This document shows, one piece after another, positions 46,142 through 56,280 of a stretch of DNA of 64,000 nt; position 1 is the first letter of the stretch; the number at the start of each line of letters is the position of its first letter. Made by a program: the position numbers and the translations under genes. The notes beneath the pieces were generated by a model that saw only the letters and a program-made list of their open reading frames with translations, made no database searches and was not told where the DNA came from. The DNA is from an uncultured delta proteobacterium (lineage in GTDB: Bacteria; Myxococcota; Myxococcia; Myxococcales; Anaeromyxobacteraceae). The DNA lies in NCBI GenBank assembly GCA_963828255.1, contig CAWHDZ010000025.1:1-64000 (forward strand). The letters are read 5' to 3'.

Positions 46142-47524
46142 ATGTCCCGCGCAGCCCCCAAGCAGAGGAGCGTCTACGCCTGCGCAGAGTGCGGCCATTC
46201 CTCGCCGAAATGGCTGGGCCAGTGCCCCTCCTGCCACCGCTGGAACACCCTGCACGAGGAGGTCGTGGAGGAGACGCGGGGTCCGCCGCGCGGACAGGCG
46301 CGCCCCGGCGCGGCGGCGAAGCCGGTGCCGCTGCGCGAGGTTGTGGCCAGCGAGGACGAGCGGGTCAAGACCGGCATCGGCGAGCTCGACCGGGTGCTGG
46401 GCGGCGGGGTGGTTCCGGGGATGCTGACGCTCCTCGGAGGCGACCCGGGCATCGGCAAGAGCACCCTGCTCCTCACCGCGCTCGACCGGCTGGCGAAGCA
46501 GCTCTCCGGCCGCCCGCTGCTCTACGTCACCGGCGAGGAGTCCACACGCCAGGTGAAGCTCCGCGCCGACCGGCTGGGGGTGGACGCGGAGAACCTCCAC
46601 CTGCTCGCCGAGACCGACGCCTCCCGGGTGCTCCAGATCGCAGCCCAGCTCGAGCCGGCCGTCCTGGCGGTGGACTCCATCCAGACCCAGTACCTCCCCG
46701 AGCTCTCCTCGGCGCCGGGTACGGTCACGCAGATCCGCGAGGTGGCGGCCCGTCTCATGGGCTACGCCAAGACCACCGAGACCCCGGTCTTCCTCGTGGG
46801 ACACGTCACCAAGGACGGCTCCATCGCCGGCCCGCGCGTCCTCGAGCACATCGTGGACACGGTGCTCTACTTCGAGGGAGGGGGCGCCCACCCGTACCGG
46901 GTGCTGCGGGCCCACAAGAACCGCTTCGGGTCGGCCAGCGAGATCGGGGTCTTCGAGATGAAGACCCGCGGCCTCGCCGAGGTGGCGAACCCGTCGGCCC
47001 TCTTCCTGGCCGAGCGGCCGCAGGACGCGGCCGGCAGCGCGGTCACGGCGGCGCTCTCGGGGACCCGGACCCTGCTCGTCGAGGTGCAGGCGCTGGTCGC
47101 CCCCACCGGCTTCGGCACGCCGCGCCGCACCGCGCTGGGGCTCGACCCGTCGCGGGTCGCGCTCCTCGCAGCGGTGCTCGAGAAGAAGGTCGGGCTCGAG
47201 ATCCTGGGCTGCGACCTCTTCGTGAACGTGGCCGGGGGCATGACGCTGGAGGACCCGGCCGCCGACCTCGCCACCGTGGCGGCCCTGGCGTCGTCGTTTC
47301 GCGACAGGGTCATCGAGGCGCGCACGCTGGTGCTCGGCGAGGTGGGGCTGGCAGGCGAGGTCCGCGCCGTGGCGCAGGCGGAGGCCCGGCTCTCCGAGGC
47401 GGCCCGGCTGGGGTTCCGCCGCGCGGTGGTCCCGGCGGGGAACGCGCGCCACGTCGACGCGCCGGCCGGCATGGAGGTCCTGGGGGTGGAGACGGTGGAG
47501 GAGGCGCTGGAGAGGTTGCTGTGA
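46142..47524 (+). CDS. radA: DNA repair protein RadA/Sms
   Basis: CAECG..CPSC zinc finger, GDPGIGKST and KNRFG. Confidence 0.97.
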   Translation: MSRAAPKQRSVYACAECGHSSPKWLGQCPSCHRWNTLHEEVVEETRGPPRGQARPGAAAKPVPLREVVASEDERVKTGIGELDRVLGGGVVPGMLTLLGGDPGIGKSTLLLTALDRLAKQLSGRPLLYVTGEESTRQVKLRADRLGVDAENLHLLAETDASRVLQIAAQLEPAVLAVDSIQTQYLPELSSAPGTVTQIREVAARLMGYAKTTETPVFLVGHVTKDGSIAGPRVLEHIVDTVLYFEGGGAHPYRVLRAHKNRFGSASEIGVFEMKTRGLAEVANPSALFLAERPQDAAGSAVTAALSGTRTLLVEVQALVAPTGFGTPRRTALGLDPSRVALLAAVLEKKVGLEILGCDLFVNVAGGMTLEDPAADLATVAALASSFRDRVIEARTLVLGEVGLAGEVRAVAQAEARLSEAARLGFRRAVVPAGNARHVDAPAGMEVLGVETVEEALERLL

Positions 47525-49003
47525 TCACGCCCTCTCGAGCGCCCACTTCCACCGCGCGTGCAGGCGGTCGCGCGCCGCGCCGCCCATCCTCGGGGTGAAC
47601 TTCCGGTCCATCTTCCAGGACTTGCCGATCTCGTCGCGCGACTTCCAGTAGCCCACCGCAAGCCCCGCCAGGAACGCCGCGCCGAGCGCGGTGGTCTCCA
47701 CCATCTTCGGGCGGATCACCGGGGTCTCGAGCAGGTCGGCCTGCAGCTGCATGAGCAGGTCGTTCTTGCAGGCGCCGCCGTCCACCTTGGCGGCCGAGGG
47801 GCGGTGCGGGACCTCCTGACGCATGGCCGCCACCAGGTCGAAGACCTCCAGCGCGATCCCCTCCAGCGCGGCCCGGGCGATGTGGCCGGCGCGGGTCCCC
47901 CGGTCGATCCCGGCGATGACGCCGCGGGCGTCGGCGCGCCAGTGGGGCGCCCCCAGGCCGGTGAGCGCCGGCACGAAGACCACGCCTCCGGTGTCCGGCA
48001 CGCTGCGGGCCAGCGCCTCGACCTCCTTCGCGCTCCGGATGATCCCGAGCCCGTCGCGCAGCCACTGCACCGCCGCGCCGGCGATGAAGGCCGAGCCCTC
48101 CAGCGCGTAGGCCACCTCGCCCGGGATGGCCCAGGCCACGGTGGAGAGCAGCCCGAACTTCGAGGCCACCGGCTCCGCGCCGGTGTTGGTGAGGACGAAG
48201 GCGCCGGTGCCGTAGGTGATCTTGGCGTCGCCGGGGGCGAAGCAGGCCTGGCCGAAGAGGGCCGCCTGCTGGTCGCCGGCGATGCCCGCCACCGGCACGC
48301 CGTCGGGCAAAACCCGGAGACCCTTCGTCACCCCGTAGACCTCCGAGCTCATGCGGATCTCGGGCAGCACCTCGGCGGGGACCCCGAAGATGTCGAGCAG
48401 CTCCGGGTCCCAGCGCAGCGAGCGCAGGTCCATGAGCAGGGTGCGGCTGGCGTTGGACGGATCGGTGACGTGGGCCTTTCCGCCGGTGAGCCGCCAGGCG
48501 AGGAAGGTGTCGATGGTCCCGAAGGCGAGCTCCCCCTTCGCGGCGCGCGTGCGGGCCCCCTTCACGTGGTCGAGCAGCCAGCGCAGCTTGGTGGCCGAGA
48601 AGTACGGGTCGAGGACCAGGCCGGTGCGCTCCCGGATCCAGGGCTCGCGCCCCGCGTCCTTGAGCCGCTGGCAGTCCTGTGCGGTGCGCCGATCCTGCCA
48701 GACGATGGCCCGGTGGAGCGGGGCGTCGTTGCGGCGGCTCCAGAGCGCCACCGTCTCCCGCTGGTTGGTGATGCCCACGGCCGCGACGTCCTTCCCGGAG
48801 ACGCCGGCGCGGGAGAGCGCGCGGCGCAGCGTGGAGACGGTCGAGTCCCAGATCTCCTCGAGGTCGTGCTCGACCCATCCCGGCTTCGGGAAGTGCTGGG
48901 GGAACTCCTGGGTGACCTTGCCCTTCACCGACAGCTTCTTGTCGAGGACCAGGACGGTGGTGCCGGTGGTGCCCTGGTCGATGGCCACGACGTACTTCGC
49001 CAT
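47525..49003 (-). CDS. glpK: Glycerol kinase
   Basis: DQGTT, TNQRET, WQDRR, GDQQAALFG, TYGTG and GLGAPHW. Confidence 0.96.
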   Translation of the reverse strand: MAKYVVAIDQGTTGTTVLVLDKKLSVKGKVTQEFPQHFPKPGWVEHDLEEIWDSTVSTLRRALSRAGVSGKDVAAVGITNQRETVALWSRRNDAPLHRAIVWQDRRTAQDCQRLKDAGREPWIRERTGLVLDPYFSATKLRWLLDHVKGARTRAAKGELAFGTIDTFLAWRLTGGKAHVTDPSNASRTLLMDLRSLRWDPELLDIFGVPAEVLPEIRMSSEVYGVTKGLRVLPDGVPVAGIAGDQQAALFGQACFAPGDAKITYGTGAFVLTNTGAEPVASKFGLLSTVAWAIPGEVAYALEGSAFIAGAAVQWLRDGLGIIRSAKEVEALARSVPDTGGVVFVPALTGLGAPHWRADARGVIAGIDRGTRAGHIARAALEGIALEVFDLVAAMRQEVPHRPSAAKVDGGACKNDLLMQLQADLLETPVIRPKMVETTALGAAFLAGLAVGYWKSRDEIGKSWKMDRKFTPRMGGAARDRLHARWKWALERA

Positions 49004-49006
49004 GCG

Positions 49007-49792
49007 TCACCTCTTGGGGATGGAGTCGAGGAAGCTCGCCACGTCTTCGGCCAGCCGGTCGCGCTCGAAGTCGATGGCGACGAGGTGGCGGCTGCGCGGG
49101 AGGACGACGTAACGGGCGCCCCCGCCGAGCCGGTCGGCCATGCGCCGCGCGCCGGCCACCGTCACCGTGCCGTCGAGGGCGCCGGCCACGACCAGCGCCG
49201 GGCAGCGCACCCGGGGCAGCAGCGCGTCCACGTGGGACTGGAAGGAGAGCAGCTCGCCGACGGAGCGCAGGGGAATGGACTCCATGCAGGGATTGGCGGC
49301 CCGGGCGTCCGGGTCCCCCACGTCGGAGCCGCCGCCCTTGGAGATCTGGGGGAGGAAGCGGGCCATCGGGGTGGAGCCGGCCAGCCATCCGGCCAGCCTG
49401 CCGAGCGGCTGCAGCTCGAGCGCCGGGGCGAGGAGCGCGATGCCGTCGACGCGGTCCGGGGTCTCGGCGGCCAGCGTGCAGGCCACCAGCGCGCCCATGG
49501 AAGAGCCGACCAGGAGCGTGCGCCGGGTCTTTCCGAGCGCGGCCAGGGCCTCGCGCGCCCCGCTCACCCAGTCCTGCCACGAGGTCCGGGCGAGGGCGTC
49601 TGCGCTGTGGTGGCCGGGGAGGACCGGGGCCAGGCAACGCACCCCGGCGCGGGCGAGCCGGTCGGCGACGGGGCGCAGCTCGAAGGGGGTGCCGGTGAGT
49701 CCGTGGAGGAGCAGGGCCGCGTCGCCGCCGCCGGGGCGACCGGGGAGGTCGTAGGGGCCAGGGTCGCCCCGCCGTGCCGCATCTGCCGCCAT
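49007..49792 (-). CDS. Carboxylesterase / monoacylglycerol-lipase-like alpha/beta hydrolase
   Basis: LLHGLTGTP, LPGH, GSSMG, DGTV and SRH; co-oriented with glpK. Confidence 0.85.
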   Translation of the reverse strand: MAADAARRGDPGPYDLPGRPGGGDAALLLHGLTGTPFELRPVADRLARAGVRCLAPVLPGHHSADALARTSWQDWVSGAREALAALGKTRRTLLVGSSMGALVACTLAAETPDRVDGIALLAPALELQPLGRLAGWLAGSTPMARFLPQISKGGGSDVGDPDARAANPCMESIPLRSVGELLSFQSHVDALLPRVRCPALVVAGALDGTVTVAGARRMADRLGGGARYVVLPRSRHLVAIDFERDRLAEDVASFLDSIPKR

Positions 49793-49871
49793 CAGTGCCC
49801 CATTAGCACGGCGGCGGGACGTCCGGCACGGGCCATGTCCGGCACCGACGATTCCGATGTAGGCTCGGGCC

Positions 49872-50189
49872 ATGTCCGACAAGCCCGTCGCGCCCGCCGG
49901 CGCCCAGCAAGTCCAGGTGCAGATCGAGATCGACCCGGCCACCGCCAACGGGGTCTTCGTGAACTTCGCCATGGTGAACCACACCGACAGCGAGTTCACC
50001 CTCGACCTTCTCTACCTCCACCCCGAGGCCCCCAAGGCCACGGTGCGGGCCCGCGCCATCCTGACGCCCCGCCACATGAAGAGGCTCCTGCTCGCCATGC
50101 AGGAGAACCTGGGGCGGTACGAGGCGCTGTTCGGCGTGGTGGACGCGACCCCGTCGCCCCACTTCCCGCGCCCGCCCGGCGTGAACTAG
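49872..50189 (+). CDS. DUF3467-like protein
   Basis: IEID..ANGVFVN..NHTDSEFTLD..PRHMKRL. Confidence 0.8.
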   Translation: MSDKPVAPAGAQQVQVQIEIDPATANGVFVNFAMVNHTDSEFTLDLLYLHPEAPKATVRARAILTPRHMKRLLLAMQENLGRYEALFGVVDATPSPHFPRPPGVN

Positions 50190-50308
50190 GACCATCGGTC
50201 CGCGCCGCGGCCGCTCGCGCGGGCGTCCCCTCGTGAGATCGCGCCCCTGCCGCGGGCACGCACGTTGCTCCCCTGCCCTGCACACCAGCAGCAAGGGAGA
50301 CAACGGAC

Positions 50309-50572
50309 ATGACCGACGCGAACGGCGGCCCCAGCGGCCGCAAGCCCCTCTCCGTGTACGCGGTCCTCGACCGCAAGGACGGAGGCAAGCCCTACTGGAT
50401 GAAGGTCGGCGCCGCATTCACCAACCGTGACAGCAGCCTCACGGTGGTGCTCGACGCCTTCCCCTCCTCCACCAACCGCCTGCAGATCCGCGAGCAGAAG
50501 TTCTCCGACGAGGCGCGCCCGGCCGGCGGCAACGGCGCCCACCGCGGGGAGGAGGAGGAGGCGCGCACGTGA
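50309..50572 (+). CDS. Small conserved hypothetical protein coupled to comEA
   Basis: AAGGGAG RBS; WMKVGAAFTNRDSSLTVVLDAFP motif; GTGA overlap with the next gene. Confidence 0.75.
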   Translation: MTDANGGPSGRKPLSVYAVLDRKDGGKPYWMKVGAAFTNRDSSLTVVLDAFPSSTNRLQIREQKFSDEARPAGGNGAHRGEEEEART

Positions 50573-50910
50573 GCGCGCCGCGGGGGCTCCTCCCGCTCCT
50601 GGGACTGCTCGCGCTCCTCGTCGCCACCCCGGCCTGGGCCGAGAAGAAGCCGCTCGGGCCCGGGGAGCGGGTGGACCTGAACGCCGCCACCGCCGCCGAG
50701 CTGATGCGCCTGCCCGGGGTGGGGAGGAAGAAGGCCGAGGCCATCGTGGCCTCGCGGGACAAGCGCCCCTTCAGGAAGGCGGAGGAGGTGACCCGGGTGA
50801 AGGGGCTCTCGCCGTCCTGGTACGCGAAGGTGAGGGGGATGGTGACGGTGGGTGAGGCGCCGGCGGCGCCGCGCGCTCCGGAGCCGCCGCGGGCGGCGAA
50901 GGGCGGTTGA
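50569..50910 (+). CDS. comEA: ComEA-family helix-hairpin-helix DNA-binding protein
   Basis: Signal peptide; VDLNAATAAELMRLPGVGRKKAEAIV..VKGL. Confidence 0.88.
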   Translation: MSAPRGLLPLLGLLALLVATPAWAEKKPLGPGERVDLNAATAAELMRLPGVGRKKAEAIVASRDKRPFRKAEEVTRVKGLSPSWYAKVRGMVTVGEAPAAPRAPEPPRAAKGG

Positions 50911-50916
50911 GAATGG

Positions 50917-50952
50917 AAAGGGCCCGGCTCGCATGTGCGGGCCGGGCCTCTC
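50917..50952. terminator. Hairpin terminator between convergent genes
   Basis: GGCCCGGCTCGC-ATGT-GCGGGCCGGGCC; followed by CTTTCC on the minus strand and TCTC on the plus strand. Confidence 0.65.
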
Positions 50953-50969
50953 GATTCATCCGGTCCGCG

Positions 50970-51802
50970 CTACTGGGCGGTGATGCACGCCGACAGGTTC
51001 GTACCCGGCACCGTGCCGGTGCTGTCGCCGCAGAGAAGGAGCTGCCCCGTGGGCGGTTGGCGGCCGGGTCCAGCAGGATTGCGAAGGCGCTCGCCACCGT
51101 GCCGTTCGTGATGGATGCCGAGACGTTCGTCGGAAGCGTCACGGACGCGGGGCAGGTCAGGGCCGACGGGGGCACGCCGTTCAAGCAGGTCGTGAGGGTG
51201 ACGGTGCCGGTGAAGCTCGACGCCGGAACCGAGGCGTAGCCGTTCGCGTCGACCACGCCCGCCTGGGTCGCAATCCCCAGGTAGGTGAGGTTCAAGAAGA
51301 TCGGGGAGAAGGCGGTGGGGGCGCCGGTGCCGATGTCGACGGCAGGCGAGCCGGGTACCGCGTTCACGAAACGGATGACCACCTTGGCCGGGTCCGCCGT
51401 GCCCACGTCGGTGAAGGCCTTCAGCTGGACGCCGGTGGGCAGGAGGGTCGCCGCGGCGACGGTCTGGTGGCCCCCGGCGGTGACGACGACCTGGATGTCC
51501 TCCACGCCGGGCACGGCCGTGGCGCAGCTGTTCGCGGCGAAGGCGACGAGCCGCACCGTGTAGGTGCCGGCGTCGAGGGTGAAGTACTTCGATGCCTGGG
51601 CGTAGCGCACTCCGGCGGGGTCGCTCGCGCCCTTCATGGCAGGACCGGCGTAGGTGGCGCTCCCTTGAGGGGCCCAGCAGAAGTCGACGGCCGGAGCGCC
51701 GAAGGCGAGGTGCGCGAGCCGGATGTTCCCCGGCTCGGGTGTGCTGCTGCTGTCGCAGGCGGCGGCGAAGGCGACGACGGCGAGAAGTGCGAGCTTGCGC
51801 AT
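50970..51802 (-). CDS. DUF4397-like lipoprotein; frameshift near 51050
   Basis: Lipobox FAAAC; IRLAHLAFGAPAVD and IRFVNAVPGSPAVD repeats. The shifted frame ends ..SACITAQ at stop 50970. Confidence 0.75.
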
Positions 51803-52044
51803 GAGATCTCCAGTTCGTTCAGGGGTGGGGGGAAGCGACGCTCGGCGTACGCAAGGAAATGCGAGCCCTCCACCACGTTTTTCCCGCCATCGCCGCGGGA
51901 ACCGCTCGCTCCGCCGGTGGGACGGGGCGCGGGGAGACTATGAAGATGCGAGCCCCGAAGCAAGAGAACTGCGGGCCCCCCTCGCTGGGGGGTGCCCCCG
52001 CTCGTGGCGCCCCGCCTTGACTCGCCCGGGCCTTAGGGGCTACG

Positions 52045-52228
52045 ACGGCCGGACATTTCCGCTCTGGGGAAAAGGGAAGCCGGTCGAAGTCCGGCGCGGT
52101 CCCGCCACTGTAGCCGGGGAAGAGGCGCCTGCAAGGTCGTCACCACTGTCGCGCGGTTCGCGGCGGGAAGGTGGCAGGCGCCGACGGCCTTCGAGCCGTG
52201 CCCCGGAAGCCAGGAGACCTCCCCCCGG
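52045..52228 (+). ncRNA. Cobalamin (adenosylcobalamin-class) riboswitch
   Basis: AAGGGAAgcCGGTcgAAgtCCGgcgCgGtCCCGCCACTGTA, a second CCACTG..GGGAAG and the B12 box AGCCAGGAGACCT; directly upstream of a TonB receptor/ABC operon. Confidence 0.93.
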
Positions 52229-52287
52229 GCAAGGTCGCGAATGGTTCGCGACCGCTGGTCCCGCGTCCGAAGGAGACGCGCAGGACG

Positions 52288-54218
52288 ATGCGACGACCGC
52301 GCGCGCGCCGGGTGCTTCTTGCACTTGCCGTGACATGGGCCGGGCTGGCCCGCGGCACCGAGGGGCCTCCCCAGGCCCCGGTGCTGCTCGACGAGGTGGT
52401 GATCCAGCTGCCGCGCGCCCCCGCGCCGCAGGATCCCACCGCGTCGGCCACCGTGGTCGAGGCCGGGCGCTTCGCCGGCGAGCTGAAGGGCGTGGCCGAG
52501 CTGGCCGCCACCGCACCGGGCGTGGCCGTCCGCAGCAACGGCGGGTTCGGGCAGCTCACCACCATCTCCATCCGCGGCTCCGGCTCCGGCGGGGTCCGGG
52601 TGCTCCTCGACGGCATCCCGCTCGACACCGCGGCGGGCGGCGGCGTGGACCTCTCCACCATCCCGCTCCACTGGGTGGACCGGGTCGAGGTGGTCCGCGG
52701 CGCGGAGGGGGCCTACTTCGGCGCGGGCGCCCTGGGCGGCGCCGTGAACGTGGTCACCCTCCCGGCCGTCGCCGGGAAGTGGGGCGCGGAGGTCACCGGC
52801 GGCTCCTTCGGCACCGTGTCTGCGGTGGCCGACGTGGGCGTGGGGGGGGACCGCTGGGCGCTCCTCGCCGCGGTCACCGGCGGCGCGACCCGGGGCGACT
52901 TCCCGTACCTGACCCCGTCCTCGCCCTCGGTGCCGGGCAGCCCGCTCGTGCCCCGGACCCGGCAGAACGCCGCGGCCGCCCAGGGTGGACTCCTGGTGAA
53001 GGGGAAGTGGACGCCGGGCGCCGACCGGCTGGACGGCGTGGCCCAGCTCTCCTGGGGGTGGCGGCAGCTCCCCGGCGTGCCGGCCAGCCCAACCCCCGAC
53101 GACTGGCAGCGCGGGGGACGGGGCTCGGGTGCGCTGCGCTGGTCGCGCCTCCTCTCGTCCGGGCTCACCCTCGAGGCCGGCCTGGCCGGGCGGTACGAGA
53201 CGCTCGACGTGACGACGGCTCCCCCGGGAGGCACCGGGACGACCGACCAGCGCGACGCCGCCGGCGGCGGGGAGGCGCGGGTGACCTGGGAGGCCGGCGG
53301 GAGCCTCTTCACGGCCGGTGCGCTGGCCTCGCTGGAGCGGCTCGACTCGACGGCCAGCGGCGACCACCAGCGGCCGACCTTCGCGGGCTGGGTCGCCGAC
53401 GACTTCACCATCGGGAAGGAGGCCGCGCGCATCTCCCCGGCCCTGCGCGTGGACGCGGTGGGGCCGTACGCCGGGGTCTCGGCCAAGCTGGGCGGGAGCG
53501 TGCGGGTGAGCGGCCCCTGGTCGCTGCGCGCCAGCGCCGGCCGGTCCTTCCGGCCCCCCAGCTTCTCCGAGCTCTACATGGTGCAGGGCCCCTTCGAGCC
53601 CAACCCCGACCTGCGGCCCGAGGTGGCCTGGAGCGTGGACGGCGCGCTGGTCTACGACGGGCCGCCGGGACGCGCCAGCCGGGCGGCTTCGGCGCCCTCT
53701 ACGACGACCTGATCGTCTACGAGACCGGCCGCGTCCCGGGGAGCTTCAAGCCGCAGAACTCCCTGCGGGCCTCGTCGGCCGGGGTGGAGGTCGAGCTCCT
53801 CACCGCGGCGGCGCGGAAGCTCTGGGGGCTGCAGGGGCAGCTCTCCTACACGTTCCTCGCCACCCAGGTCCTGCGGGGCGTCCCCGGCGTGGTGGGCAAG
53901 GAGCTGCCGCAGCGCCCCCGCAACCGGGCCTTCGCCCGCGTCTCCGTCGATCCCGGACCCGGAGGCGGGCACCTCGAGGCCCAGTACGTCGGCCTCCAGT
54001 ACCTCGACTCGCGCAACATCCACTCCGCGCCGGCCAGCCTGGTGGTGAACGCCGGCGCGTTCGCCCGCATCCTCCGCAGCCCCGAGGTCCGCATCGGCGC
54101 GGAGGTGAAGAACCTCCTCGACGACCGGACCCTGCAGGACGGCTTCGGCTACCCCCTCCCCTCCCGCACCCTGCTCGTCACCCTTCGCATCGGCACCTCA
54201 CCGGAGACCAAAGAATGA
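52288..54218 (+). CDS. btuB: TonB-dependent cobalamin receptor; frameshift near 53660-53690
   Basis: Plug domain ISIRG..VLLDGIPL..RVEVVRG..GALGGAVN; FRPPSFSELY..NPDLRPE; C-terminal KNLLD..GYPLPSR in another frame. Confidence 0.85.
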
Positions 54219-55438
54219 CAGCCCGCGCCGCAGCCGCCCTCCTCCTCGCCGCCTCCCTCCTCGCCTGCAAGTCCGAGGTGGTCTGCACCACCGACCAGGA
54301 CACCTGTGACGGGCAGTGCACCTCGCTCCGGAGCGACGCCGCGAACTGCGGCGCCTGCGGCCGGTCCTGCGCCGCGGGCCAGAGCTGCTCGGCCGGGCTC
54401 TGCTGCCAGGGCGACCAGTGCCCCCCGGCGGTCTACGCCGCCTGCTTCAACGGGAACGCCGTCCAGGGCGCCACCTCGGCCTCCGTCCCGGTGGGCGCTC
54501 CCGTCGCCGTCGAGTCGGGCCCGATCGCGCTGGCGTGGCGGGGAACCTCGCTCTGGGTGGCGAACTCCATGAGCAACACCCTCGACCGGATGGTGGTCTC
54601 GCCGGCCGGGATCGTCGCCGACGGGGCCTTCCCCACCATCCTGATCCCGGGTGCGCCCTATTTCGACCTGGAGTTCCTGGCCGAGTGGGACGGGCTCCTC
54701 TACGTGTCGAACGCCGCGGTCAACCAGCTGGTGGTGATCGACCCCTCGGTCGCCCAGCCCATCGTCGGCGCCGTCGACCTCGGCGCGATGGCGTATCCGC
54801 AGGGGATGGCATTCCGGGGCAACAAGGCCTACGTGGCCCTCAACGGCACCGGGGAGGTCGTGGTCGTGGATCTCGCTTCACGCGGGGTGACGAGGCGGAT
54901 CGACCTCTCCTCCCTCGCCTCCCCGGGCGGGAGCGCCCTGCCCTCTCGCGTGGCCGTCTCGGGGGACCGGGTCTACGTCACCCTCTGGAACCTGGACGGC
55001 TTCTACGCCCCCGCCGGCAACGGCCGCCTGGCGGTCATCGACACCACCACCGACGCCCTGGTCCCGGCCGTGAACCCGGTGGACCTGGGGGCCTCCTGCC
55101 TCAACCCGGCAGGCATCGCAGTCGAGGCCGGCACGGCCTGGGTGACCTGCGGCTTCTTTCCCTGGGACGCCGCCAGCGCGGCCGACATCACCGGCAACTC
55201 CCTCGTCCCGGTGGCGGTGTCGGGCGCCACCCCGCTGGTGGGCCCGGCGGTCCCGGTGACGCTCGCCGCCCCCGGCGCCCTCACCTTCTGCAACGGGGTG
55301 GGCTTTGCCGCCGACCGATTCTCGGGCAACGTGCTCCGGTTCGACCCCGTGGCGAGGTCGGTCACCGGGCGGGGGCTGGTCTGCCCCCCCTCGGAAGCCG
55401 GCTCGAGCTTCGTGGCCGCCGTCGCCTGTGGCAGATGA
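54215..55438 (+). CDS. Lipoprotein with Cys-rich N-terminus (MXAN_6577-like) and YncE-like beta-propeller
   Basis: Lipobox LLAC; NCGACGRSC..C..G.C; repeated LYVSN/AYVAL/VYVTL..VID blades. Confidence 0.8.
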   Translation: MTARAAAALLLAASLLACKSEVVCTTDQDTCDGQCTSLRSDAANCGACGRSCAAGQSCSAGLCCQGDQCPPAVYAACFNGNAVQGATSASVPVGAPVAVESGPIALAWRGTSLWVANSMSNTLDRMVVSPAGIVADGAFPTILIPGAPYFDLEFLAEWDGLLYVSNAAVNQLVVIDPSVAQPIVGAVDLGAMAYPQGMAFRGNKAYVALNGTGEVVVVDLASRGVTRRIDLSSLASPGGSALPSRVAVSGDRVYVTLWNLDGFYAPAGNGRLAVIDTTTDALVPAVNPVDLGASCLNPAGIAVEAGTAWVTCGFFPWDAASAADITGNSLVPVAVSGATPLVGPAVPVTLAAPGALTFCNGVGFAADRFSGNVLRFDPVARSVTGRGLVCPPSEAGSSFVAAVACGR

Positions 55439-56280
55439 CCCTCCCCATCCACATCCTCGCGGCGCTGGCCGCGCTGGCCCTGCACGACGGCCCGCTCTGG
55501 CTCGGGCCCCCGGCCCCGGCCCGGCCGTCCCGCGTCGTCTCTCTCGCCCCCAGCCTCACCGACACGGTGATCGCGCTGGGCGAGGCCGGCCGCCTGGTGG
55601 GCGTGACCCGCTACGACACCGCACCCGAGGTGAAGTCGCTCCCGCGCGTGGGCGGCTTCCTCGACCCCAGCCCGGAGGCGGTGCTGGGGCTGCGCCCCGA
55701 CCTGGTCCTCTGGCTCACCGACGGAGGGGCCTACCCCGCCGTCCGGCGCATCGCCGAGCTGGGCGTCCCGGTTCTGGCGCTGCCGGTGGTGGGCGTCCCC
55801 GACGTCCTTCGCGCGGCCCGCCGCGTCGGCGCGGCGCTGGGCAACCCGGCCGCGGGCGAGCGGCTGGCCTCGGAGATGGACGCGGCCGTGCGGGCCGCCG
55901 AGGAGCGGGCGGCGTCGCTCCCCCGGCGCCGGGTGCTGCTCGTCATCGGGCGCGACCCGCTCGTGGTGGCCGGTCCGGGCAGCTACCCGGACGCGCTGCT
56001 GCGCATCGCCGGGGGGGTGAACGTGGTGAAGGGGGAGCGCCCCTGGCCGGTCTACTCTCTGGAGCGGGCGGTGGCCGACGACCCCGACCTGGTGGTGGAC
56101 GCGGCGGTGAACGAGCCGGCGGACACCATCGCGCGGCTCGCCGCCATCCCGGCGGTGAAGGCCGGCCGGGTGGTGCGCCTCCCCGACGACCGGGTGCTTC
56201 GCCCCGGCCCGCAGCTCCCGGCGGCGCTCGTGCAGCTCCAGTCGGCGCTGGGAACGCCCGCGACCGGGGGGGCCCGTTGA
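55435..56280 (+). CDS. btuF: Cobalamin ABC transporter substrate-binding protein
   Basis: RVVSLAPSLT, VGGFLDPSPEAVLGLRPDLV and RPGP. Confidence 0.88.
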   Translation: MTLPIHILAALAALALHDGPLWLGPPAPARPSRVVSLAPSLTDTVIALGEAGRLVGVTRYDTAPEVKSLPRVGGFLDPSPEAVLGLRPDLVLWLTDGGAYPAVRRIAELGVPVLALPVVGVPDVLRAARRVGAALGNPAAGERLASEMDAAVRAAEERAASLPRRRVLLVIGRDPLVVAGPGSYPDALLRIAGGVNVVKGERPWPVYSLERAVADDPDLVVDAAVNEPADTIARLAAIPAVKAGRVVRLPDDRVLRPGPQLPAALVQLQSALGTPATGGAR

